The position numbers and the translations under genes were made by a program. A stretch of DNA of 63,220 nt, filler included, from Octopus bimaculoides (taxonomy: Eukaryota), in NCBI RefSeq assembly GCF_001194135.2. It is 4 parts of 4 records of this genome, joined end to end, with 100 filler letters (N's around TTAATTAATTAA, not from the genome) between each part and the next. Parts side by side here need not be neighbours in the genome. Positions count along the whole stretch, not along the records: positions 1 to 23,678 come from NC_069000.1; 3 more parts are not named here. The stretch is one strand, 5' to 3'. The notes beneath the pieces were generated by a model. The model had not been told where the DNA came from. It did not search any database and was given only the letters and a program-made list of their open reading frames with translations. Shown piece after piece: positions 1 through 12,029 of this stretch. The stretch's first letter is position 1; each line of letters begins with the position of its first letter.

Positions 1-39
<39 letters not shown>
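1..39. repeat. (TA)n microsatellite
   Basis: Pure AT dinucleotide run at the window start. Confidence 0.95.
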
Positions 40-41
<2 letters not shown>

Positions 42-170
42 GGGCTTCTGCTCAGTTTCTATTGGTCAGCTGAAGGCTATGGTAGATGAAACTTGTCCAA
101 GATGCTGTGTAGTCGGGTTGAACCAGAAACCATGGAACTGAAATAAGAGCTTCTTAACCACACTGTCATG
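40..170 (-). mobile_element. tRNA-derived SINE family A, head fragment
   Basis: Diverged match to better copies at 13364-13512 and 61628-61783 (reverse complement of tRNA-like head plus CCTTGGGCAAGTGTCTT core); abuts (TA)n like the other copies. Confidence 0.7.
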
Positions 171-1659
171 TCCACATTGCATTTTTGTTGCTTCACAACT
201 TCTATGTCCTACAGTGGAGAGGGTGACATTTGACCTAAACAATAGACTACCAGACCAAATTGCAGTGTTTAGTCATGTTCCTTTACATTCTGAGTTCAAA
301 TCATGTAACGGTTGGTAAGATAATTCACCTTCATATCCATCTTCTGGAGTTGAATAAAGAAAAACCAGTCATAAACTTGGGTTGATTCAAATTATTCTCC
401 TTTCCATCTTATTTGTGACCCTGTGCTGATTTGAGAATTCCTTGTTTTCTTATGGTTAGAGACTTCTTGGATAAACATAGTTGGATAGATATCAGGAAGG
501 TTAGTAGTAGACATCAGGTTGATGGACAATGTGAACAAAGTTCAATTTCTGGCTCTGGTTTCTTGTCCATGGCTAATGTCCTCGCTTCAGTGTTACTCAC
601 GACTAACTCTTTATCAGAGCATTCCACCCATCAACATCACTATTGTGGAAATCATTTTCAAAATCGTACAACAAGCTAGGTAGATCAATGAATTAATTCC
701 TTTTCCTTAATATGAAGTAATTTGTAATTATTCTAGAGACAGAGTGGACTAATCAATGGACTAAATTAATTATTCTTTTCTAAAAGGAAGAGCAGGTTCA
801 CCTTTAGCTCTTTCTCTATTGAACAACACTACATCACTACATGCAGTCATGTGATAATACAGGAAGTCATTTGGAAGGATTAACAAGCTTTGTTATTCCT
901 TGTCATATGAATATAATCATTTGTGTACTGTCTGAACTATCAGATAAGTGCTATATTGAGTCACGGATTTATATTGAATAAAGCTTTCAGATAAGGTGTC
1001 TTTGTCTTTCAATTGCCTCCCATTAAGATCATCTCTCTATCACACTCATCGCCACCAACACTCTCTCCACTAATACTCTAATACTTCACACACTCCATTA
1101 ACACTCTACTGACACTCCACAAATGCACACTCTACTATTCCACTAACACTCTGCTATTGCTTCAAAAACATGCACTTCAATACTCCCCAAACAATTCACA
1201 AAACATTCCCTACCCAACTCTTCATAAACACATACATTCTAATACTTCGTTAACACTCCACAAATGCACATACCAATAATTCACAAAATCTATACAAAAA
1301 CACCCCTAATAAACAGTTGAAATGCTTTAGGTATTATAAAACATAGAGTTGTCTGATACTATATAGAATAGAGTTGGTAGATAGAATATAGTGTAAAGTT
1401 AGAATGCATGTAAGATGAGGTTCTAGCCATCCATCTTCTCCAGCTACTATTCCTAGAAGGGTTATGAGAATAGTGTCCTCAGGCACCTTCTTCATGGGGT
1501 CCTGTCAGAAGCAACCATCTTTGCACTTTCCAGCTTGGATGTATATGCATTTAGATACTGCAAATTTAGAAAACAGAGAGAAATGAAGAAAGACGCAGGG
1601 AATACTCTGATGATGATATCCTAAGTATATTATAAAGAAGGGACAAATATTGCTTTGAA

Positions 1660-1820
1660 ATTTTGACACAAGGCCAGCAATTTTGGGGGAGGAGATAAGT
1701 CAATTACATCAACTCTGGTGCTCAACTGGTTCTTATTTTATCAACCCTGAAAGAATAAAAAGCAAAGTCAACCCCAGTGGAATTTGAACCCAGAACATAA
1801 AGATGGACGAAATGTCCCCT
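1660..1820 (-). mobile_element. tRNA-derived SINE family B
   Basis: Shares GGAATTTGAAC.CAGAAC...AAGATGGACGAAATG and TACTTATTTTATCAACCCTGAAAG blocks with 42690-42900 and 57010-57165. Confidence 0.75.
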
Positions 1821-2091
1821 AAGAGTCATGTGAGCCCCAGTTGAGAACCACAATGTTAGTGCAGAGGCAGAAAGGTAGGATGAATACAATTAGCAAAATA
1901 AATGGGTGTATTGTAAATACATAAAGTTTTAAAGAGAGTTGGAGTTAAGTGATGTAGCCATTTTAATATGCAGTTCTGGTGCAAAATGGAGTTTATATTT
2001 TAGTTGAAGGCATTATGAAAGGAACAAGAGCCTCAAGGCGTCATACTACTGTATACATACATACATCCATCCATACATACATACATATATG

Positions 2092-2141
<50 letters not shown>

Positions 2142-2596
2142 NNNNNNNNNNNNNNNNNNNNNNNNNNNNNNNNNNNNNNNNNNNNNNNNNNNNNNNNNNN
2201 NNNNNNNNNNNNNNNNNNNNNNNNNNNNNNNNNNNNNNNNNNNNNNNNNNNNNNNNNNNNNNNNNNNNNNNNNNNNNNNNNNNNNNNNNNNNNNNNNNNN
2301 NNNNNNNNNNNNNNNNNNNNNNNNNNNNNNNNNNNNNNNNNNNNNNNNNNNNNNNNNNNNNNNNNNNNNNNNNNNNNNNNNNNNNNNNNNNNNNNNNNNN
2401 NNNNNNNNNNNNNNNNNNNNNNNNNNNNNNNNNNNNNNNNNNNNNNNNNNNNNNNNNNNNNNNNNNNNNNNNNNNNNNNNNNNNNNNNNNNNNNNNNNNN
2501 NNNNNNNNNNNNNNNNNNNNNNNNNNNNNNNNNNNNNNNNNNNNNNNNNNNNNNNNNNNNNNNNNNNNNNNNNNNNNNNNNNNNNNNNNNNNNNNN

Positions 2597-2647
<51 letters not shown>

Positions 2648-2739
2648 CACACATGGACACACATGCACAGGCATGCACACACACACACACACACACACAC
2701 ACAACATGCATTCACACATGAACCACACTCAGATATGTA

Positions 2740-3112
2740 AAATGGCAACGCTGTTGCAGCAGCTGCTTGCAGTGCTATTTTCATTTTCTGCAACATAATT
2801 TGCATCTCTTCACATTTGCCTTTGGCATGTAAATGTGTTCAAAGCCTTTTCTTATAGAATTTAAGAGCTCTTCTCTCCTTTGAAAATTTCAACAATTCTT
2901 GAGAGCTTTTTTCATGTGAAGACAATTGCACAATGTTGGGGACAAGATCTCTGGCAAATTTCATGTGCTTAGATGACCTATCCCTTCATGTAGAAAGTTT
3001 CAGTTCCTGGTCAGGGAATTTAGTATTTTTGTGACATTTCTTAGGACCAACTGCCAAATCCCAATAAATTATCATTTCCTCTAATGCTATTATGGTAAAA
3101 TGGATGTAAAAG
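2740..3112 (-). pseudogene. RPL36: Processed pseudogene of 60S ribosomal protein L36 (eL36)
   Basis: Single minus frame from ATG at 3075 reads MIIYWDLAVGPKKCHKNTKFPDQELKLST*RDRSSKHMKFARDLVPNIVQLSSHEKSSQELLKFSKERRALKFYKKRL*THLHAKGKCEEMQIMLQKMKIALQAAAA. This is collinear with the eL36 motifs (AVGLxKGH, KHxKFxRD, ELLKxSKxKRALKFxKKRxGTHxRAKxKxEE). It is intronless with in-frame TGA at 2988-2986 and 2841-2839. 3' end is approximate. Confidence 0.9.
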
Positions 3113-3509
3113 CTAACAAATCTATATGTGTATATTTTACATACATGCACACAAGAATACATATACATATATATATGTATACATAAATATGTATACATAT
3201 ATATATATATATATANNNNNNNNNNNNNNNNNNNNNNNNNNNNNNNNNNNNNNNNNNNNNNNNNNNNNNNNNNNNNNNNNNNNNNNNNNNNNNNNNNNNN
3301 NNNNNNNNNNNNNTATGTATATATATATTGAACGTGACACATCCATTTCCAAGTAAGTTTATCTTCACCTTTTTGATGCAACTCTACTCAATACTGTTTT
3401 CTTCCTCCATCCTTCTCTAATTCCCTTTTCTCCCCTCCCTCCTTCATCGTTTTCTATCTGTCAGTCTGTCTCTCTATGTCTCTTTCTTTCCCCCTCTTAC
3501 CCTTTTATT

Positions 3510-3542
<33 letters not shown>

Positions 3543-3989
3543 GTCATTGCTCACACATGACCATCGTCCATCTTTCTTTTTCTCATGTGACCATCTTTCG
3601 TTTCCTGCACAGATGTTCAAAAGAGTGGACGTTTTTTTCTCTCTCTCTTCTATCTTTTCTCTTTTCAAAAAAAATATTCCTCCCAGTATTCACTATTTTC
3701 CTCTCGTTCTGATCTAACAACTCTCCATGTTTGTTTTTGTTCGGTTTCCCTGTATGTCTCCACTGTCCTGTTTTTGTTCCCAAATTTGACCCTCCATAAA
3801 TCCTAAATTTTGTTTTAGAATTTATCGGAGCAACTGTCTTTGAAGACTCATATTGTTGGTGAATGCTCAAAATGAGGAGTAGATAGACAGTTGACAACTG
3901 ATGAAGGCTCCTTTCTTTGTGTTTACTTGTCCTGTTTTCCATTTTTCTTGTTTACTTATTTAACTCGTTTGTTTACATGTTTCATGTTA

Positions 3990-4588
3990 TTTGCACTGTT
4001 GGTGACGTCCTGTAACTTGGTTACAGAGTTCATTGTCATCATGAAGTATCCCATTCTTCGTGCTCCACAGGTCCAGTTGCTTTCACCGAATGTCCTCCCT
4101 CAAACACTTCCATTCATTACAGTAGAACTCTTGATTGACGGTCTGTCCCTGGGGGATGAATTCTCAATACACAACATGGCAAATGTCAAAAAAAAAAAAC
4201 AATGAGCATGCTCTCCATTGAGCTCTGTCGTGCCTTCTCTTCAGTAGAGGAGATGAAAGGTGATGGGTTCTTCCATTCTGATGACTACTTCATCTCAGGG
4301 TCGTACTTGAAGAATGCTCACTGTCACTGTAGCAGACTTCCCAAGTTTAACAAAAAATTTCACATTGGCTCTTTGTTCCAACTTCCTATCCATGACAAAA
4401 CCAGAGACTACAGCATTCACATGATCACAAAAACACACATTTCACAACTTACGAAGTAAACATAGTGATGTCACTTGGCACACTGCCTCGTGAAGGTCAC
4501 TTCTAGCTCTGACTGTGCATGCAATCATGTGCTGTCATCTGTTGGTGTGCTACAGATCTAGTCCAGAAACGTTTTGATACCTTCTCAT
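3990..4588 (-). mobile_element. Mariner transposon relic (5' half)
   Basis: Minus frame FFKYDPEMK*SSEWKNPSP matches the mariner YDPETKxQSxEW motif; terminus TA-TGAGAAGGTATCAAAACGTTTCTGGACT resembles a mariner TIR. Confidence 0.65.
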
Positions 4589-5139
4589 AATATGAGTTGA
4601 TGGCTAGTACTTTTCACTTGTATTTTAACATTTTAGGGATAAGAGCCCTTCTTCAATAAACCTTCAAAGAAATTATATTGGAACTGATTTCTCCATATAT
4701 GTAAGTGTGTGTAAGAAAGAAACAGAGAGAGAGAGAGAAAGAGAGACTCCATCTTATTTTTCTTTCTCAATTCTTTCTCCTCACAGAGGCATAAACTCCA
4801 CAACAGCTCTCATTCTCATTATATTTTTCTACAAACCCCCAAAAACTTCCTTTTAAGTATATTTTACTCTATTTTCTTTCCCCAATATTTTTTATTTTAT
4901 TATTATTTATTCTATATTATTTTTAATTATTTTTTATTTCCACTCAGACTTAAGTGATAAACAATTTATTGGATTATGGCAATTAATTTAATTAGACTAT
5001 TCAATTAAATGAAAGCATTCAATTTTATTATTGTTGTTGTTGATTTTGTCTGTGTTATGTTCAATGTTGCTATTGTTATTGTTGTTGCTGAGATTCACAT
5101 TGTTGCTGTTGTTGATGCTGCTATAGTTGTGTGTATTCA

Positions 5140-5290
5140 CATTGCTGCTGCTACTGCTGCTGCTGCTGCTGCTGCTGTTGCTGCTGATACTGCTGCTGCT
5201 GCTGTCTGTATGTTATCATTGTTCATACTTTTGTTGTAGTTGTTGGAACCTTTGTTGTTGTTGTTGTTGTTGTTGCTATTGTTGTTTATG
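5140..5290. repeat. (GCT)n and (GTT)n trinucleotide microsatellites
   Basis: Visible GCT and GTT runs; they produce the poly-Ala in ORF 5009-5239. Confidence 0.9.
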
Positions 5291-6226
5291 TTGCCGTTGA
5301 TGTTCTTGTTATTATTTAAAAAGATATTTTCATCTAATTAATGATTGGAAAAGTGATTTTTCATCAAACTAACATATCAAAATCCAATTTAAACTAGAAA
5401 TAATTACAATAATGATCTCCGTCTTGTGTGTGTAAGTATTTGTGTAAGTGTCTGTGTGAGTCTGTATGTATATATATATATGTATATATATATANNNNNN
5501 NNNNNNNNNNNNNNNNNNNNNNNNNNNNNNNNNNNNNNNNNNNNNNNNNNNNNNNNNNNNNNNNNNNNNNNNNNNNNNNNNNNNNNNNNNNNNNNNNNNN
5601 NNNNNNNNNNNNNNNNNNNNNNNNNNNNNNNNNNNNNNNNNNNNNNNNNNNNNNNNNNNNNNNNNNNNNNNNNNNNNNNNNNNNNNNNNNNNNNNNNNNN
5701 NNNNNNNNNNNNNNNNNNNNNNNNNNNNNNNNNNNNNNNNNNNNNNNNNNNNNNNNNNNNNNNNNNNNNNNNNNNNNNNNNNNNNNNNNNNNNNNNNNNN
5801 NNNNNNNNNNNNNNNNNNNNNNNNNNNNNNNNNNNNNNNNNNNNNNNNNNNNNNNNNNNNNNNNNNNNNNNNNNNNNNNNNNNNNNNNNNNNNNNNNNNN
5901 NNNNNNNNNNNNNNNNNNNNNNNNNNNNNNNNNNNNNNNNNNNNNNNNNNNNNNNNNNNNNNNNNNNNNNNNNNNNNNNNNNNNNNNNNNNNNNNNNNNN
6001 NNNNNNNNNNNNNNNNNNNNNNNNNNNNNNNNNNNNNNNNNNNNNNNNNNNNNNNNNNNNNNNNNNNNNNNNNNNNNNNNNNNNNNNNNNNNNNNNNNNN
6101 NNNNNNNNNNNNNNNNNNNNNNNNNNNNNNNNNNNNNNNNNNNNNNNNNNNNNNNNNNNNNNNNNNNNNNNNNNNNNNNNNNNNNNNNNNNNNNNNNNNN
6201 NNTATATATACATAAATATATGTATA

Positions 6227-6234
6227 TAGATGGA

Positions 6235-6315
<81 letters not shown>

Positions 6316-6332
6316 GGATAGATAGATAGATA
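6227..6332. repeat. (GATA)n/(GACA)n tetranucleotide microsatellite
   Basis: Direct reading. Confidence 0.95.
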
Positions 6333-7009
6333 GGGTTGTGGAAGGAATCTGACCACCCACCAAGCAACTAAAGGTAGAACGACTCATTGTTATAAAACAA
6401 AGAACTGTAAGTGATTGGCAGTTTGGATTGGTAAGCAGTTTGCTATGAAACCATGATTGTGAGCATTGAGTCTTGTGCATTAGCAATTGTATAGCATCGT
6501 GTAAATACTTTCATTCCCTCCTGCTTGCTATGAAACATATATAGCCCATATCTTATCTACTCCATTCTGTAACTTATATTCTTATTTGCACACCCAGCGA
6601 CCCTGGTCATCTACCATGAAATATAAAAAGAACTTTTTTCAGTTTATTGTACTTTGATATGAAAAAATCCACAACCTCCCATCTCAATAAACCACTCTTG
6701 TCCCTGATAGTTGTTTTTTTTTTTACATTTACTATGGATTGCTTGAATCTAACTTTCTTCCTACACCTCAATACCTGGATCTTATATAGTTAGGATGTAT
6801 AAACGGGAGGCATATAATTGATTGCCTCATGTTTATATATTTTAATCTAAGGTGTACCTGTTGAAAACGACTTCATCTAGCAAATTTTCTTATTTGCTAA
6901 ACTAAAGTCAGAAACCAATTGGTCCAGGAATATAGATGGTATAAGTTTTTTATTTTTTCATTTCATTCCTTTCGAGATTTTTTCCCTAATTTTGTAGTTC
7001 TAGAATATA

Positions 7010-7043
<34 letters not shown>

Positions 7044-7345
7044 NNNNNNNNNNNNNNNNNNNNNNNNNNNNNNNNNNNNNNNNNNNNNNNNNNNNNNNNN
7101 NNNNNNNNNNNNNNNNNNNNNNNNNNNNNNNNNNNNNNNNNNNNNNNNNNNNNNNNNNNNNNNNNNNNNNNNNNNNNNNNNNNNNNNNNNNNNNNNNNNN
7201 NNNNNNNNNNNNNNNNNNNNNNNNNNNNNNNNNNNNNNNNNNNNNNNNNNNNNNNNNNNNNNNNNNNNNNNNNNNNNNNNNNNNNNNNNNNNNNNNNNNN
7301 NNNNNNNNNNNNNNNNNNNNNNNNNNNNNNNNNNNNNNNNNNNNN

Positions 7346-8252
7346 TAAATATGAGGGTAATAAATTAAAATAATTTATTACCAGTGGTTAGCATGCATAA
7401 ATAAAAGTCATAAGACATAGCGTATTTTAAAAAATATAAGTGTGTATGAAATATTTTTATACACAAAGAAGAGACCATTGACAGGACTCCTTACATGCTA
7501 AAAAAGCCAGTTAAAACCCAAACCATGGAAAAGATAATTCATGAGGCACACCGTTATAACACTAGAATGAACAAAAAAATGAATTAGTTAATCCCAAACT
7601 CGAGTTTTGCCATTAATTGCCAAATAAACTAATTTGGAATCTGTAGCTCATCAGTGGAATCACAAATTAATGAATAATTATGTATTTGCAAATACGTACC
7701 AAAAACACGTACACAAGACAGCCACATCTTTATCTATTAAGGATTTGAACTTAGTGCACAAGCATAAATATACAGCCTAGCAGTAAATAAAGAAATTTGA
7801 AATTGTGTCTTGTATAGCCTCAGAGTTATGAATATTACTATTGTAAATATGAGGGTAATAGATTAAAATAATTTATTACTAGTGGTTAGCATGCATAAAC
7901 AAAAGTCATAAGAAATAACATATTTTTTTTAATATTTTTAAAAATATAAGAGTGTATAAAATATTTTTATACACAAAGAGGAGACCTGTGACAGGACTCC
8001 TTACATGCTGAAAAGGCCAGTTAAAACCCAAACTGCTAATGAGCTACAGATTCCAAATTAGTTTATTTGGCAATTTATAGTGAAACTCGAGTTCAGGATT
8101 AACTAATTCATTTTTTAGCTCATTCTAGTGTTATAACAGCATGCCTCATGAATTTTCTTTTTTGTGGTTTCAGTTTTAACTGACCTTTTTTAGCATGTAA
8201 GGACTTCTGTCAGTGGTCTTCTCTTTGTGTATAAAAATATTTTATACACACT
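7346..8252. repeat. Duplication-inversion repeat (A-B ... A, inverted B'A')
   Basis: 7346-7523 is directly repeated at 7844-8033; 8036-8252 is the reverse complement of about 7439-7654. Confidence 0.9.
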
Positions 8253-8271
8253 CATATATATATATATATAG

Positions 8272-8495
8272 TGCCACACCCTAACAGTTGAGGGAACCCG
8301 TGGAAGAGGTAGGCCCAGGAAGACCTGGGCTGAGGTGGTGAGGCAAGACCTTCGTACATTGGGCCTCACCGAGGCGATGACTACGGACCGAGACCTTTGG
8401 AAATGGGCTGTGCGTGAGAAGACCCGGCAAGCCAAGTAAGATCGTTGCCAGTGCCCCTGGACTGGTTCTTGTGCGGGTGGCACATGAGATGCACC
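8272..8495 (+). mobile_element. RTE-clade LINE, 5'-truncated 3' end
   Basis: 8272-8439 reads CHTLTVEGTRGRGRPRKTWAEVVRQDLRTLGLTEAMTTDRDLWKWAVREKTRQAK*, the typical RTE C-terminus (GRGRPRKTW...DR..W). The 3' UTR (GGCACAT..A..CACCA) matches 10861 onward and runs into a gap. Confidence 0.9.
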
Positions 8496-8973
8496 ANNNN
8501 NNNNNNNNNNNNNNNNNNNNNNNNNNNNNNNNNNNNNNNNNNNNNNNNNNNNNNNNNNNNNNNNNNNNNNNNNNNNNNNNNNNNNNNNNNNNNNNNNNNN
8601 NNNNNNNNNNNNNNNNNNNNNNNNNNNNNNNNNNNNNNNNNNNNNNNNNNNNNNNNNNNNNNNNNNNNNNNNNNNNNNNNNNNNNNNNNNNNNNNNNNNN
8701 NNNNNNNNNNNNNNNNNNNNNNNNNNNNNNNNNNNNNNNNNNNNNNNNNNNNNNNNNNNNNNNNNNNNNNNNNNNNNNNNNNNNNNNNNNNNNNNNNNNN
8801 NNNNNNNNNNNNNNNNNNNNNNNNNNNNNNNNNNNNNNNNNNNNNNNNNNNNNNNNNNNNNNNNNNNNNNNNNNNNNNNNNNNNNNNNNNNNNNNNNNNN
8901 NNNNNNNNNNNNNNNNNNNNNNNNNNNNNNNNNNNNNNNNNNNNNNNNNNNNNNNNNNNNNNNNNNNNNNNNN

Positions 8974-9005
<32 letters not shown>

Positions 9006-9850
9006 ATCAGCAACTGTGCATCACTTAAAACATATATAGCATTTGCAAGTGGGGAAAGCTTTTGTCATTAGCCTGTGATTATCTCACACTGAGGACAGGT
9101 AACCACTTAGAAACCCAGGTCTGTGAGTATCACGTAAGGCTAGAGTTGGGAGTGATGACTTCCCTTGCGAATGCTGTACAGACACAAACTGTGTGTCGAT
9201 AGCCAACTGGAAAAAATGTTTTCCTGGGGCAATAACAACAGTAACACTGTCCTTTATAGGGCTGCCATGTTCTATTGGCATATAAACATTACTATATATA
9301 CTTATATGTATACACGTATATGTGTATATATATATACATATATGTGTGTGTGTGTGTGTGTGTGTGCGTGCGTGTGTATATCAACATGCATAGCATTTAA
9401 ATTTCTAAAGAACACAACCAAAGATTATATAAGATCACAGTGATTCTGTTTTCAGTTGTGGTGGTGATTGTACTACAAATAGCAACAAATGTACAATATA
9501 ACATTAAAGCTTACAGGACATTTTCATTGCAAAGTTTTCATAATAAACACTTTGATCTTTGGAAAAGTACTTTATCAATGTTGAAATAGTTATACAATAA
9601 AGTGTTACAGCGTCAGGAATAACAGCAATTGCATCAGCCATTGCAGTAACTGCAGTAGCAGCAGCACCAGCAGCAGTCACTGTACCAACAACAGCAACAT
9701 TCAGTGTAACAATACACACACACATTTATATATATACACACATATACCATAGACTGAAAGAAAGAAATTCTCCCTATATTTTTATGAGATATTTTTAGAA
9801 TCACAGGTACTTGATTTTTTTTATTAAATATTAATCCTTATCATAATCCT

Positions 9851-11094
9851 TGTGATAAAACACAAACCCCTTCAGGTAGATGGCCCTGCTCAGTATGTAG
9901 AAAAGGAGTAGGTAGTAACTCTATAAGATGTACCCGGTGCAAGCTATGGACACATAAGAGGTGCAGCAACATCAAAGGCAGGTTAACTAGCAAGTTAGTT
10001 TTTGTTTGTGGCAGATGTTCAGGTGCAATAAAGACTGCAAACAAACAGGAAACAACTTCTATCTCATTCCAGGGTGAAAAACTAGAGGTAGTCGATAGCT
10101 TCCGCTATCTGGGCGACCAAGTTAGTAGTGGGGGTGGGTGCGCTGAAAGTGTAGCTGCTAGAATAAGAATAGCCTGGGCAAAGTTTAGAGAGCTCNNNNN
10201 NNNNNNNNNNNNNNNNNNNNNNNNNNNNNNNNNNNNNNNNNNNNNNNNNNNNNNNNNNNNNNNNNNNNNNNNNNNNNNNNNNNNNNNNNNNNNNNNNNNN
10301 NNNNNNNNNNNNNNNNNNNNNNNNNNNNNNNNNNNNNNNNNNNNNNNNNNNNNNNNNNNNNNNNNNNNNNNNNNNNNNNNNNNNNNNNNNNNNNNNNNNN
10401 NNNNNNNNNNNNNNNNNNNNNNNNNNNNNNNNNNNNNNNNNNNNNNNNNNNNNNNNNNNNNNNNNNNNNNNNNNNNNNNNNNNNNNNNNNNNNNNNNNNN
10501 NNNNNNNNNNNNNNNNNNNNNNNNNNNNNNNNNNNNNNNNNNNNNNNNNNNNNNNNNNNNNNNNNNNNNNNNNNNNNNNNNNNNNNNNNNNNNNNNNNNN
10601 NNNNNNNNNNNNNNNNNNNNNNNNNNNNNNNNNNNNNNNNNNNNNNNNNNNNNNNNNNNNNNNNNNNNNNNNNNNNNNNNNNNNNNNNNNNNNNNNNNNN
10701 NNNNNNNNNNNNNNNNNNNNNNNNNNNNNNNNNNNNNNNNNNNNNNNNNNNNNNNNNNNNNNNNNNNNNNNNNNNNNNNNNNNNNNNNNNNNNNNNNNNN
10801 NNNNNNNNNNNNNNNNNNNNNNNNNNNNNNNNNNNNNNNNNNNNNNNNNNNNNNNNNNNNTGGCACATAAAAGACACCATTTCGAGCGTGGCCGTTTTCG
10901 TGCGGGTGACACGTAAAAACACCCACTACACTCTCTGAGTGGTTGGCGTTAGGAAGGGCATCCAGCTGTAGAAACTCTGCCAAATCAGACTGGAGCCTGG
11001 TGTTGCCATCCGGTTTCACCAGTCCTCAGTCAAATCGTCCAACCCATGCTAGCATGGAAAGCGGACGTTAAACGATGATGATGATGATGATGAT
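9851..11094 (+). mobile_element. RTE-clade LINE, 5'-truncated, with PHD-type finger inside RT; spans gap 10196-10860
   Basis: Stop-free frame 9869-10195: PSGRWPCSVCRKGVGSNSIRCTRCKLWTHKRCSNIKGRLTSKLVFVCGRCSGAIKTANKQETTSISFQGEKLEVVDSFRYLGDQVSSGGGCAESVAARIRIAWAKFREL. After the gap comes a 3' UTR with AGGAAGGGCATCCAGC and a (GAT)n tail at 11074-11094. Confidence 0.9.
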
Positions 11095-11154
11095 CATCAT
11101 CTTAATCTAAAACAGACAAAGAGACTATCTCTTTATAGACGAAGATCAGTTGCA

Positions 11155-11790
11155 ATGGGAGGAGTTGAATCTTACAAGAATGGAAAAACAAACAACAACT
11201 GGAATGTACCTTATAATGAAAATCGTTTAAGAGCATTCAAATGCCACTGCAACATTGAAATCATTGCCTCAGTGAGGTCAGTTAAGTACGTCATCAACTT
11301 CACTTTGAAAGAAAATTACCAAGCTGCTGTTCAAATCAACAATGATAACAAAATTAGTCGATATTTAATGGGTAGGTAAATTGGACCATCTGAAGCAGTT
11401 GCATCCATTTTAGGATTTTCAGTTCATGAAAGAGCAGCTGCAGTCATGAGACTGCAAGTTCATCTATGAGATGAATAAAGAATATTGCTCAGAAATAATG
11501 AGGGTATATAGTGCTGTCAATGAATGACATAAAAACAATATTGATAGACGTTTTGTCATTGTGCATCATGATGACTTTGCAAAAACATTACTTCATGCTG
11601 AAGTACCCATGTATTTCACTTGGAACAATAATAACAAAGAATGGCAAAGAAAATGAGAAGGAAAAGTTGAAAGCCATGTGAACATTTTCAAAGAAGAAAC
11701 ACTTGGTCATGGTTATGTTGTCACATCAAAGGCAAAAGAATTGTATTATTTAAGAATTAATTTTATTGCATGAAGTTCCAAATAGTATTT
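11155..11790 (+). mobile_element. Helitron Rep/helicase pseudogene fragment
   Basis: Reads NWNVPYN..LRAFKCHCNIEIIASVRSVKYV...ISRYLMGR*IGPSEAVASILGFSVHER..VMRLQVHL, then DDFAKTLLHAEVPMYFTWN..KELYYLRI. These match Helitron Rep and post-Rep motifs (VPYN, HINVE, SVKY, GPSEA, TW, YLR); stops are present. Confidence 0.85.
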
Positions 11791-11983
11791 TTTCTTTTCC
11801 TGCCATGCATCGACATTGTTAACTTGGAGTGGTTGTGACCCAATGGGTTACGGCAGGCACATCTATTATATATATAGATAGCGTCTACTGCCATTAATAG
11901 CCAATGAGAATGCATCGTAGCTCTTAGCTCCAGCATTTGAAACTCTGAGTAATATTTTGACAACTTACTGATTGTCCTAAACT

Positions 11984-12026
<43 letters not shown>

Positions 12027-12029
12027 ACA

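Noticed and set aside
3530-3610. Inverted match between 3530-3610 and 62535-62600 as long-range element ends
   Set aside because: A short (GA)n-associated dispersed repeat about 59 kb apart, with no TSD or other sign of a single element.
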